Of a DNA stretch of 64,000 nt, positions 41,137-53,525 are shown piece after piece. Position numbers and translations under genes: made by a program. The notes beneath the pieces were generated by a model. That model made no database searches. It was not told where the DNA came from and saw only the letters and a program-made list of their open reading frames with translations. This stretch comes from Mobula hypostoma (taxonomy: Eukaryota), in assembly GCF_963921235.1 (NCBI RefSeq), contig NC_086097.1, positions 237,214,001 to 237,278,000 of the forward strand. The letters are read 5' to 3'. Each line of letters starts with the position of its first letter. Position 1 is the stretch's first letter.

Positions 41137-41253
41137 CAAACTCTCTGGAGACAGTGATGGAATAAACACAATTGTGTCCAGTACTATAATTTCTGGGATA
41201 GTTTGGTGACAGCACTGTACCATCAGAACCTGAAGATCGACTTCCACATGGAG
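41137..41253 (-). CDS. CSMD3: CSMD3 internal exon (117 nt), first part of a CUB domain: APCGSRSSGSDGTVLSPNYPRNYSTGHNCVYSITVSREF
   Basis: Manual translation of the reverse strand. Acceptor atctttcag|CTCCATGT, donor GAGTTTG|gtaagt, phase 1-1. Matches recalled human CSMD3 APCGSRSTGSEGTVLSPNYPKNYSVGHNCVYSI. Not in the frame shown by the ORF track. Confidence 0.93.
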
Positions 41254-41714
41254 CTGAAAGATAAATTTGTATTTTATAAATACTAATAATATTTTAGGAT
41301 TCACATTGGAGGAAAAACATTCTATGCAGCAAGTTGCCGATAAGACTAGTTTCCCTTGAAAGCAAAATAAATTATATTCGGCCACTTGTTATTTTTCCAC
41401 TTTTAGTCACAATTTATTCTTCACTGCTTATTGCTATCTACCCTCACTGATAGGGTGGAGAACTCACAGCAGTGGTGCTCTTCACAACCCATGCATACAT
41501 GTTGCAGTAAATTGCAAATTAATCCAGGTTGAAAATCCCAGAGCATTCTGGAGTTTGATTGTGCCATGCAGAAAGTAAGCCTTTTTTGAGTTTTATTAGA
41601 GCCATCCGTGATTACGTTTCACCCTGAAAGTCTTAAGTTGGAACTGAAGTGGCTCAAGGAAGGAATTAGACTTCATGACAACTTAGATCCAAAGTTCTAT
41701 TGAGTGCTATTGAA

Positions 41715-42485
41715 CAGACAAGAAAGAGGTTAACACTATGGTACATCAGGAATATTTCCGAAATGACAGCAAGGCTGCTCCATCCACATGCAATAATGGT
41801 AGCACACAAACCCAACATAACCATCAGAATACTCGTCTCAAGACCCAAATATCCAATAGCCCACATAATATACCAAATCCAATGTGGAGACTGCCCCAAA
41901 CACTATGTAAGTGAGACAGGGAGAAAATTATCCAAGAGCCAACATGAACATCAACTAGCCATAAGAAGACCCGATCCTCCGTCACTCCTCTCAGTACATG
42001 AAGACCAACACTCCTCTCAGTACATGAAGACCAAGAAGGACACAAGTTTGTCTGGAAAACTACAAACATCCTGGCAGAAGCACAAAACAAGAAATCACGC
42101 GAATTCTTAGAAGCTTGGTTCTCAACAGAAGGCTCTGTTGATAAGTATATTGAACTGGAAACAATTGACAAACCTATGCATCTGTGTATCAGGGCTGAGA
42201 GATGAGCTATAGACACCCAAGGAACCAACACTCACCACGATCGATAACCAGGGATACAGGCCAGCGGAGATCACTCAGGTTGGCCGGGACCCAGTGGAGA
42301 TTAGCGCCCAACCAATCAGAGCAACTTGTCAGACCAACAAAAATGAGAGCATTCCTCAGAAACAACACTCAATTGCGCATTGACGCTGTCACCTTGAATG
42401 GTGATGAAACGTTTGTGACCCAACCTCCAGGCTTCGTCAACAACCTTACATACAGCCAACCTGAGCTACCAATCTTCTTTTATAT
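41715..42485 (+). mobile_element. Degenerate PLE, family 2 (GIY-YIG end plus pLTR)
   Basis: ORF 41700..42110 has IIYQIQCGDCPKHYVSETGRKL...HEHQLAIRR. Downstream REFLEAWFS in another frame. Internal 26-bp tandem duplication near 41983-42034. Confidence 0.82.
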
Positions 42486-43814
42486 TTCAGTCTCCCAAAG
42501 CATTTTACTCAGCCTTGTTTGAGACAACCAACTAAACACAGTCTGTGTTGGGCTAACGAGGGCTAACTTAGTAATAGTGCAGACTATTCACAGTTCTTGC
42601 AAATCAGTGTTCTGTAAATTCGGGATCTAGAACTTGTTAATCAATTATTTGCAATACTCCATCTGTCCTACAGCAAAGAGACTTCAATGAAATCATTAAC
42701 AGGCAACTTTGTATTTTGTGTCATTTCACTATCACTGTCTGATTTTCTTTAACAAAATACTTACTGTCCAATATCTCTTCAGCAGACCTCCAGTTCTGTC
42801 TTTGAGTTCATCATCAAAGTTAATCAATCCTGGAATTCCCTTCCTAAACCCGTTTGATATTTAGCACTCTTTATTCTCTGTGTCCTTTTTCATGACCTGG
42901 CCAGTGTTTGCATAGCTAAATGTAACATAGCACTTATGTTGCTAAATATCAGCATCCCTTCTCTTCTCCTTGCCCCCACCTCCTCTTCACAACCTGCCCA
43001 CCACTCCCTTTGGTTCCCCACATCCTTCTGCTGTCCTACCCTGTCAGATTTTTTATTTAGCTTTTGCCTCTTCCATCTAACGTTATGTAGGTCTCACATC
43101 ATTCCCGTTCATTCTCCCTCCCCCACTCAAGTTCAAGTTTAATTATCATTCAACCATACACGAATGTAGCCAAACAAAAGAGCGATCCTACAGGGCCAAG
43201 GTGCAAAACACATTACCAAAAGCACACAGCATGCTGCATATAGCTCACGACAGCAGAAAAACATACAATCACGCAAAGAAAAAAAATGTATAGCCCAAGT
43301 CTCAGAGTGGCGTGGCCTGAAGATTGATGAAGTTATTCTGGACCAGCTTGTTCTTCCACTGAGCAGACACTGAAGAGCAGCACCAAGCCAACACCAGAGG
43401 GCAGCACTGACGGGCATAGCCTCCCCTGGGCGTTTGCAACAAGCAACCCCGTGGCATGAGGGCCTAGTCCTCGCTGCAACCGAGGCAATGCAGCTTCCCC
43501 ACCGCCAGTCTCAGCAGTGAACCGGACATGTCGCATTACTAATGTCCAGCAGGAGCTCCAGATCACAATCAGAATGTATTAAGAGAGTAACTGGTGTCAC
43601 ACACCACAATGGTACACAAGTCCAGGCAACAACACGATAATGGTACACGGTAAGTCCAGCTCCATCATTAATGAGAAATTTGCTGGTGGGATAGTCCTGC
43701 AGAACTTGATAATCTGGGAATCCAGCAGTGACTTGTGATTGTAAAAAAGATGTAAAGGACGAACAATTACTTTTATCTACCTTCCTCTCTCACCTGGACT
43801 TATCTGTTATCTGT

Positions 43815-44425
43815 CAAGTAGGGGACCGTGCACAATCCTGATTTGATGGAGACGGACGTGACAGCACAGCGGAACATATGGAAAACTTCTGAAGTGCCTG
43901 CTTCGCTGCCGCTGCTACTGTGTGGTAACCAGAATCTCCGGAGCCGAAGGCCCCGAAATCCTCGGCTTTGCGTGTTTCAGCAGCCGGGGAGAAGTCGAAG
44001 GCGCTGAGCAGAGGATGGTGCTCGGGAGGCTGTATCGGAGAGGCTGCCCGGAAGCTCGGAGTTTTCGGACGGATGGACTCAGGGTCGGCTGCTTCCAAGG
44101 TATCAGCAAGTTGACGGTGCCTGGAGGCTTATGGCAGGGAGTTTCTCCCTTTTGCCGCCTGTTATCGGGGACTCAGGAGTCGATCGACTCGGGACTTTGA
44201 GACTTTTTTTTACTGTGCCTGTTCTTTATCAAATTATGGTATTGCTTTGCACTGCTGTAACTATATGTTATAATTATGTGGCTCTGTCAGTGTTAGCCTT
44301 TGGTCTGTCCTGTTTTCTGTGATATCACTCCGGAGAAACATTGTATCATTTCTTAATGCATGTATGCATTTCTAACTGACAATAAAAGAGGACTGAGTGT
44401 TCTCATAACCTAATAATCTAATCTA
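43815..44425 (+). repeat. Unclassified non-coding retroposon, copy 2 (longer), inserted in a PLE tail
   Basis: Homologous to 30262-30735. Ends in AATAAA and a (TAATC)n tail. Confidence 0.75.
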
Positions 44426-45341
44426 TTTCCTGCCAGGTTGTACTCCTCCCTATCCCTTTAACTTCTTATACCGCTTCTTCGCCCTTCCTTTCCAGTACTG
44501 ATAAAGGGTCTCAGCCCATAACACTGACTCTTTATTCCCCTCCGTAGATGCTGCCTGACTTGCTGAGTTTATTTGGTATAGGTTGCTCTGGATATCATTT
44601 TGTTTCAGTTGTACGCATTCCTTGTGTTCTTGGAAGCTTTTACTAAATTCAAAGGTCTACACAAAATGAAAGTTGCTCTTATGGAAAACAGATTAAACCA
44701 CTGAAATGGCCCTTCTGGGAGCGTAGAATTTATCTCCTTTGGCATGCCAACTCTGCTGCTAAATGGAAGCCCACAGGCCCCATGTGTCAAACCACCCGCT
44801 CACATTAGCAAATGTGAACAATTGTCATGGAAGTCACTTAGTACTTCACACTTAGTGATAATAAGACCATAATGCCACAAGACCATAAGATATAGGAACA
44901 AAATTAGACCATTTGGCTCATCGATTCTGCTCCGCCATTTCATCAGTCTGATTCATTTTCCCTCTCAGCCCCAATCTCCTGCCTTCTCCCCTTGGTGTCA
45001 CTTGTGGGCTGCCCCCAGCGCGTATAGTAATACAGAGCAGTGCAGCACATAAGCAGGCCCTTCTGCCCATTCAGACCATGCTAAGGTATTATTCTGGCTA
45101 GTCCCATCAACCTGCACCCAGACCTCCATACCCCTCCCATTAATGTACTTATCCAAACTTCTCTTAAATATTGAAAGTGAATGCACTACTTCTGCGGGCA
45201 GCTCGTTCCACACTCTCACAATGCTCTGAGTGGCGAAGTTCCCCATTGTGTTCCCCTTAAACATTTCACCTTTCACCCATTTCACTGTATGCTTCGACAT
45301 TGTAACCTACCTGTGATGAATAAAGCTAACCTTTATCTCTT

Positions 45342-45768
45342 CAGTTACTTACTGCCCATTATGCCACTGACTTTTAGGGCAGCAATGAAGGTCTTCCATC
45401 TCTGCCTGTCCTTGGCAAAACCAATTTTGGTCTTTCTCTTGGCAGTCTTCAGGGCTTCCTTCACTATGCCAGTAGCTTCCTCTTGGTTTTCACTATTGTC
45501 AGTCATGCAGGTCCCAGGTGGAGAGTAGGGAATACACAGATATAGAAGGATTCTTCATCGCTTTTCAATAACAATTTTTTTTAAACAGTTCCCTGAGCTG
45601 AACCCCAGAACCTGGAGGACCAGAGGACTACTCTTAGTCTAGTCTGTACCCTTTGACCTGCTTGGCATGGGTGACCCTACCAAGGGTCAAAGCACAAGGC
45701 CCTGGCTCCAGTGAGCATAGCCCTCTGGATCATTGAGGTACTCAAGCCTCCAATCGACAACAAGGACG
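45342..45768 (-). mobile_element. Bipartite RTE-derived non-autonomous retroposon
   Basis: 11-bp TSD CTTTATCTCTT (45331-45341 and 45769-45779). The 5' part resembles the Expander/RTE 5' UTR. The 3' part translates to AKDRQRWKTFIAALKVSGIMGSK*. Confidence 0.7.
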
Positions 45769-46182
45769 CTTTATCTCTTTAAGAGATTTTTTTTCTGCTC
45801 TTTGTTCCTGGGGCTGACTGTTAGCCACACACTTTCACAGACTACGAGTATTTATCCTACAACATTCCAATTCCACAAGGCATTCACAATTTTGTCCCGT
45901 GAGTAACACACTCAAAACCGCATTTTCTTTCTATTATTTTCTGATCCATCTTTTGAATTATACATCTCTGATCTCAAAGCATCCCAGCTGGCGGCGAAGC
46001 AATGAACTGCAGAGAGTCAAAGAGAGGTATAGGGATAAAATGGTGTTATGCTCTTGGAACAGCTCCTGAATAAACAGGCATTTTCAAAGATCTAGCATGA
46101 AATCAGCACCAAAAACTATGTCAGGATAGAGAACCTGCACTCAAAAGGTCTTTATCTCATTAAATGGTTGCAGCATAAATTG

Positions 46183-46470
46183 GGCACCATGGTAACGTAG
46201 CGGTTAGTGCAACAAGACTACAGCTCAGGGCATTCTGGAGTTTGGAGTTCAATTCCAGCACCATTCTGTAAGGAGTCTTTGTACGTCCTCCCTGTGGAAT
46301 GCGCGAGTTTTCCCTGGGTGCTCCAGTTTCCTCCCACAGTCCAAAGTGGTACCGTCTGGGTTAAATGGTCCAATGATTAGGTTAGGGCTAATCAGATTTG
46401 TTGGGGGTTGCCGGGGCGACATGGCTCAAAGGGCCAGAAGAACCTTCTCCACGCTGTATTGCTAAATAAA
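46183..46470 (+). mobile_element. V-SINE-like tRNA-derived SINE
   Basis: GGTAACGTAGCGGTTAG...GAGTTCAATTCC...GGGTGCTCCAGTTTCCTCCCACAGTCCAAAG, with an A-rich tail. Confidence 0.8.
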
Positions 46471-47094
46471 AAAATTAAACAAAATGGGCTAACACCTGAT
46501 AATGCGGAGGAGTCCTGCCTCTAGCGCAATTCCAGCTGGGTCTGCTTTAGTTTAAATATTTAAACAGTCAGAATCTGAATCATATTTATTATCACTGTCT
46601 TAAATGACATGAAATTTGTTGTTTTGCAGCATCAGTACTGCACAAAGACATAAAATTACTCTAAATTACAAAATAAATCAACTGTACTTTATTTGTACAG
46701 TAATTCACAGCTACTCTCTTGAATCATACAGCCCAGATGTATTCTAAATTTTTAGATATTATGAAGCATATTCAAATTGGGCATATTCATGTCCTGTTGT
46801 AAATGCACTCTTAAGTAAACAAAAAGTAATTTGTAAGTGTACCTTTACTTTTGTTGTTAATTTAGAAATGTTTTGTCTATCAAACCAAGCATATAATCTG
46901 TATCCATTACTCTGCTCTTTGGGCACTGGTGAAAGCCTTCAAGTTTTTGACATTATTCTCTTTTCAATGAGGCCATATCCACTCTCTCCCCAAAAAAAAG
47001 GTAAGTGTAGATCAGCTGACAGCAAATTGGGAAACACCTCCCAAACAGTGGCGCCCAAGTTCCCTTCTAGATACATTTTTAGTAACATAAAATA

Positions 47095-47570
47095 GATGAT
47101 AAGATATAGGAGCAGAATTAGGTCATTTGCCCATCAAGTCTGGTCACCATTTCATCATGGCTGATCCATTTTCCCTCTCAGCACCAATCTCCTGCCTTCT
47201 CCCCATATCCCTTCATGCCCTGACTAATCTGAAATCTATCAGCCTCTGCCTTATATATACCCAATGGCTTGTCTTCCACAGCCACCTGTGGCAAAGAATC
47301 CCAGAAATTCACCACTCTTTGGCTAAAGAAGTTCCTCTGTATCTCCGTTCTAAAAGGTCGCCCTTTTATTCTGAGTCTGGACCCTCTGGTCTTTGACTCC
47401 CCCACCACAGAAAACATCCTCTCTACATCCACTCTATCAAGGCTTTTCAGCATTGTCTAGGTTTCAATGAGATCCACCTCCACTCCCCCACCCATTCTCC
47501 TGAATTCCAGTAAGTAGAGGCCCTGAGCCATCAAACACTCCTCATGTGACAAGCCTTTCAATCCCGGAAT
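47095..47570 (-). mobile_element. CR1 3' fragment
   Basis: ORF 47178..47453 contains RNFFSQRVVNFWDSLP. Confidence 0.85.
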
Positions 47571-48344
47571 TTTTTTATTAAAGATGCTGAGGTGCATTGT
47601 TCCTTTCAAGCAAATTCCCTTGAAGGCCAGCAGCTGTTGTTTGGGAGCAGTGCAAGCTGCTGGAGTCATATTTAAAGAAAAATTTGCCCACGCATCAGCA
47701 AAAGCAGTCTTTTTCAAAGGAGTGTCTTCTTCAGAGATCCAGATACTGATAAATAGACTATAAGACACAAAAAGATGAATGGAGGATCTCTAAATAATAG
47801 GTGACCTTAAGATCATGGAAGAATATGGTAACAAAAGATCTTTGCTGTCTTTTGAAAGGGTGTCCATTAGTTGTACTCACTCAAATTTTTTTCAAACCCT
47901 ATCAATTTTTCTCTTTCAGTATTTCCCTCTAATTCCTAGTATTTCAGTATACAATATGAATATTATCTGTCTACTCTTTTGTTTTATTTTAATGGGACAT
48001 AGAACAGTATCGCACAGTACAGGCCATTGAGTTCACAAAGTTGTACTGACTATTTAACCTACTTGTAGATCAATCTAATCTTTCCCCCCCACATAGCCTT
48101 CTATTTTTTTCTCATCCCTCTGCCTATCTAAGAGTCTCTTAAACATCCTTAGTGTGTCTGCCTCCACCGCGATACCCATCAGTGTGTACCATACACCCAC
48201 TACTCTCTGTATAAAAAACCTACCTCTGATATCCTTCAGTCACCTTAAAAATTATGCCCCTGTGTGTTAACAATTTCCAACCTGAGGAAAGTCTCTGGCT
48301 GTCGACTCTTATCATCTTGCACAGCTCTATCAAGTCATGTTATA

Positions 48345-49049
48345 AACGCAAACACGAGGAATTCTGCAGATGCTGGAAATTCAAGCAACGCACATCAAAG
48401 TTACTGGTGAACGCAGCAGGCCAGGCAGCATCTCTAGGAAGAGGTACAGTCGACGTTTCAGGCCGAGACCCTTCGTCAGGACTAGTAAGAGATTTGAAAG
48501 TAGGAGGAGGAGGGGGAGATCCAAAATGATAGGAGAAGACAGGAGGGGGAGGGATGGAGCCAAGAGCTGGACAGTTGATCCAAAATGATAGGAGAAGACC
48601 TTATATTCTGTCTGGGTAGCCTCCAACCTGATGGCATGAACATTGACTTCTCAAACTTCTGCTAATGGCCCACTTCCCCCTCGTACTACATCTGTTATTT
48701 ATCTATATACACACACATTCTTTTTCTCTCTCTCCTTTTTCTCCCTCTGTCCCTCTCACTATACCCTTTGCCCATCCTCTGGGCTTTCCCCCCCTCCCCC
48801 TCTTCTTTCTCCCTGGGCCTCTTGTCCCATGATCCTCTCATATCCCTCTTTGCCAATCACCTGTCCAGCTCTCGGCTCCATCCCTCCCCCTCCTGTCTTC
48901 TCCTATCATTTTGGATCTCCCCCTCCTACTTTCAAATCTCTTACTATCTCTTCTTTCAGTTAGTCCTGACGAAGGGTCTCGGCCCGAAATGTCGACTGTA
49001 CCTCTTCCCAGAGATGCTGTCTGGCCTGCTGCGTTCACCAGCAACTTTG
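48345..49049. mobile_element. PLE insertion made of an inverted pLTR and a direct 3' region, each with a hammerhead motif
   Basis: 13-bp TSD AAGTCATGTTATA (48332-48344 and 49050-49062). Minus-strand pLTR at 48345-~48575, plus-strand 3' region at ~48598-49049. Motifs at 48448-48483(-) and 48962-48997(+). Confidence 0.88.
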
Positions 49050-49483
49050 AAGTCATGTTATAGGCAATTTTCTTACATTGTTTTGATACTGTAACTAGAA
49101 TTAGTATTTTATTTTGTTTTAATTATATTTATCTCACTTTTAACATCTTTTATATCTGCTTCAATTGTTTTTACATGTTTCTGTCAAAGATATTTGAAAG
49201 CTGTTTACAAGAGCTGTTGGAGTGCTCTGGAGGTGGGAGGTTTACGATGCCATGCCTGAGGCCTAATTGCAATGCAAGCTTACTCCACCTTGACAGATGC
49301 ACTGGTTCAGATTGACCCCCTGGCCACTGTGATTGACAGGTTAGAGCAGGGCTGGTTGCAGGATGATTTGGCCCTAATAAAAGGTTACATTATTTTGGCT
49401 GGCCATCCCAATGGGCATTCGGAGGTATTGATTTTTTTCCTTGGACGTAAGATCATAAGACAAACTGCACGCCAGCAGGTGTA

Positions 49484-50745
49484 GCCCTTCCTCCACTTGC
49501 AGGGACAAGCGCACAACGTTGGTGCTACTTCATGCACCCAAGTCGAGATCGAAAATTTCATCAACTTTGCTTCCAACTTCCACCCTGCCCATAGATTCAT
49601 TTGGTCCATTTTTGACACCTCTCTCCCCTTTCTCGATCTCTCTGTCACTATCTCTGGAGACAAACTGTCTACTGATATATTTAGTAAACCTACCAATTTC
49701 CTCAGCTATCTTAAACACAAATCTTCCGACCCTGTCCCCTATAAAAATGCTTTTCTCATTAAAAACTCATTTTCTCGGTTCCTTTGTCTCCACCGCATCT
49801 GTTTCCAGGATGAGGCTTTCCTTTCCAGGGCAGCAGAGATGTTCCTCTTCTTCGAAGAAGCTTCCTTCACCATTGATGCTGCACTCAACTACATCTCCTC
49901 CAGTTCCTGAGAATCCGCCTTCACCCCATCTCCCTGCTGTCTTAACAGGGATAGTATTCCTTTTGTCCTCACCTACTGGCAGTTCTCCCTGCAAGCAGAA
50001 GTGCTACATCTGCCCATTCACCTAATCCCTCACCTCCATTCAAGGCACCAAACAGTCCATCCACATGAGGCAACATTTCACATGCAAATCTGCTGGAGTC
50101 GTCTTCTGTATCTGGTGCTCATGATGCGGCCTTCTCAAAGTTAGTGAGACCTAACGTGGATTGGGGGATCAGTTTATTGAGCAGTTTTAGTCCCTCCACT
50201 AAAAGCAGAATTTCCCCTGGCCAACCATTTTAATTCCAATCCCCATTCCGTTTTGGACATGCCAGTCTACGACCTCCTCTACTACCATGATGAGGTCACT
50301 ATTGGTTGAAGAAGCAACACTTCATATTCCATCTGGCTAGCCTCCGACCTGTTAGCATGAACATCGATTTCTCCAGCTTCCAGTAAACTTTCCCCTTCTC
50401 CTTTCTCTCTTCTTCAATTTCCCTCCCTGTCCCCCACTCTTACCTCTTCTCTTCTCCTCACTGGTCTATTATCTCATCCTGGGTCCCCTCCTCCTTCCCT
50501 TTCTCCCACTCTCCTCTCCTATAATTTTCCTTCTTCTCCAGTCTTTTATCTTTCCCACCTTTCCCCTCTCAGCTTCATGCTCATTCCCCTTGCCCACCCA
50601 TCTGATTTCACTATCACCTTCTTGCTGTTCTTTTTACCCTCCTCCCCACCTTCTTATTCTGGCTTCCAAGGGTTTTGGCCTGGAATATCGACTGTTTATT
50701 CATTTCCATTGATGCTGACTGACCTGTTGCATTCTCTGTGTGTTG
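49484..50745 (+). mobile_element. Older degenerate PLE (family 1)
   Basis: ORF 49497..49910 contains FINFASNFHPA...SLPFLDLSV...LSTD, paralleling ORF 22865..24052. Confidence 0.85.
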
Positions 50746-51747
50746 CACTGTTGTATCAAGCGGTTATTTGAGTTACTGATGCCTTCTTGTCAGCTTGAAG
50801 CTGTCTGGCCATTCTCCTTTTGGCCTATCTCATTGGCAAGGCATTTTCGCCCAACAGAACTGCCACTTACTGGATACTTTTTGTCTTTCGCACTATACTC
50901 TGTAAACTCCAGGGACCGGCATGTGTGAAAATCTCAGGAGATCAGCAGTTTCTAAGATACTCAAACCACCCCATCTGGCACCAACAATCATTCCACGGTC
51001 AAAGTCACTTGGATCACATTTCTTCCCCATTGTTTGGCTGAAATATTACTGAAGCTCTTGACCATGTATACAAGACATTGGTGAAGGCACATCTGGAATA
51101 TTGTTTGCAGTTCTGCTGGCTTAGCTATAGGACCTGGAAAGATTCACGAGGATGATACTGGGTCTGGAGTGCTTGTCTTGTAGGGAGAAAAGGGATAGGG
51201 TGAGCCTTTTATTCCTGGAGATAGGAGGCTGAGTAGTGTTCTTTTAAGGTACTTAAGCCATGAGAGGTGCAGAAAAGTAGAATGATAATACTCTCTTTCT
51301 AGGGGAGTCCTAGAGGGCACAGACTGAAGTTGCAACAGCAAAGATTTGAAAGGAATCTGAGGGGCAAAAGTTTCCACAAAGAGATGGAAGTCTCTGTCTT
51401 GGTAATGGTAAAAAGACATAGTTGGAGGTTAAGTATAGAGAGCTATGACATCAAAGCTGTGAATGATCTGCTGCAAACTTGGTCAGAGGTCAATGAAAGA
51501 TTCACATCAATTAACATTCTGGACCACCCCAGAGGTTTTTGCCCTGTCTTTACCCTCAGTTACTTGCCATTTCATGACACATTCAATTCACTTTTCTTCT
51601 GCTTCCCCTCATTTGCTTCTATCTGTCATCTCCTCATCCTCCATGTTAGTCAAAGGCTATCGAGCTGCAGCTCCAATTCCTTAACATGATCTCTGAGGAG
51701 CTACAGTTTGATACAGTTATCAGGGAGACTGCAGTTCTCCCACAGCA

Positions 51748-52038
51748 TTTATTTATTTATTGATTGATTGATTGATTGATTGAGATACAACGTGGAATGG
51801 GCCCTTCCGCCCTTCAAGTCACACTGCCCTGCAATCCTATCTTAATCACGGGAGAATTTACAATGACCAATTAACCTACCAACCACTGCGCCTTTGATCT
51901 GTGGGGGGAATCCGCATCACCCCGAGGAAACCCACATAGTCACAGGGAGAATGTACAAACTACTTACAGTCAGCTGCAGGAATGGAACCCTGGTTGCCTG
52001 TACTGTAAAGCTTTGTGCTAACCACTACGCCACCGTGC
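51748..52038 (-). mobile_element. V-SINE-like SINE
   Basis: Same family as 29965-30215, with an (AAAT/CAAT)n tail. Confidence 0.8.
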
Positions 52039-52731
52039 TTCAGGTGACCTTGTTGTGAAGAACCTTGAGGCAGTTTGTAATGTTAAAGTCATTCTTTAAA
52101 TGCATGTGTTTCTTCTTGTTATCATTATAGTTTTGCTTTACCCTCCCTCCCCCACCCACCGGCCCCTTTCAAATAAGATAAACATTTTATGATTCTCATA
52201 ACTCATCCATATGGCAGTTTGCTTCTGGTGCTTTGAGTATTATTATTTAACAGCACCAAGAGATTGCATTGTTAGCAGAAAATTCACATTGGCTCCAGGG
52301 TCTGTTGACAGTCTTTCTGCATGAAATTTAATTGCAGGGTCTCAACAAAGCTAAGCTACAATACGTTAAGAGGCAAGGAGAGGTTCAATGGGTATTTTAT
52401 GAGGGCTGAGCACTATATCACTAGTAAAATTGACACACAGATGTCTTCCAATGAGCCTGGAGATAAAAGACCTTAACAGCAGATAATTAGGATGTTAAGG
52501 GTGGGTCTGAAGTTCACCAGAAATGCTGGAAATTATCAGAAGATCAGGAAACAGTCCGTGAAGAGAAAACCAGTTTGACATTAACTTCTTTTCTCTTCGC
52601 TTTCTACCTTGATTTTAGATTTCCAGCATCTGCAGGCTTTTGATTTATAGCTCCTCCAGGTGTGGATGTTACTCAATGTAAGATCATTTTATTTTTAAGA
52701 TCAATGCACATAATAAGCCCCTCAAACACAA

Positions 52732-53261
52732 TATGGAAATCTGTTCTGCTTTCAGCCTGTTGAAGATAAGGGATGATGAGGAATGTGTGCCGTCCAATCA
52801 GGATGGTGGAACTGGGGGGAGGCTCTTGGTGAGGGACACTAAGGTTGGCCTTGGGGCTTTCGTTCGGTGGGAGATGAAGAGAGAAGACACTGGATTCGAC
52901 CCAGAGTGGGACCGCGATTCGATGGAGCCAGGTGCTAAGATTGACTGAGGATCGATGAATATCAGTGAAGCATTGAGCTCCAACTTCTGCACATTTGACT
53001 GTTTAATTAAAATGGGCCCTTTTCTTTTTGTCTTTCTTTACTAAACCTTTAGTTAAGGTTCATAAATATAATTCCTTTAATTGGATGCAGTATAAATGTC
53101 TATTATTTTGTGGCACTAATTTGTAACAGGGTAGCAAACTGCACTGCATCCACACAAACGGGGGTTTTGGGTGGGGAGAACAGTCTCAGTCTCCGGGCTT
53201 GGCGGGACCGGAGTGTGCCTTCCCTAGACTTACGCAGCCAAGGAAACCAGCAGGGTTCATA
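52732..53261 (+). mobile_element. Candidate solo LTR-like repeat
   Basis: Compositionally distinct block with CCAAT, TATAAA and degenerate TATG...CATA ends. No clean TSD. Confidence 0.35.
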
Positions 53262-53449
53262 TGTATGTGACTCAGGTAACAAGAAGAAACAAGAAATGTG
53301 CTTACTAAAGGAATACATGACTGCAAGCGCCCAATGTACTGAACATTGTGCAAGAACAAGAAAGTCAATAGCAGATGGCAGACTACGACAATAGTGATTG
53401 GAAGGGCTGAGCTCACTGGAAGCAGTCATGGGTATTCAGAGAGTAAAGG

Positions 53450-53525
53450 AGGGGTTCCCAACCTTTTTTATGCCATGGGCACCATTAACCAAGGGGTCCG
53501 AGAACTCCAGGGTGGGAACCCACTG
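53450..53525. mobile_element. Small hAT-like MITE (partial inverse copy at ~37495-37559)
   Basis: AGGGGTTCCCAACC...GGTGGGAACCCACTG inverted termini. Confidence 0.6.

Noticed and set aside
49240..49484. ORF 49272..49484 as a possible exon or gene fragment
   Set aside because: No CUB/Sushi features on either strand and no convincing splice sites.
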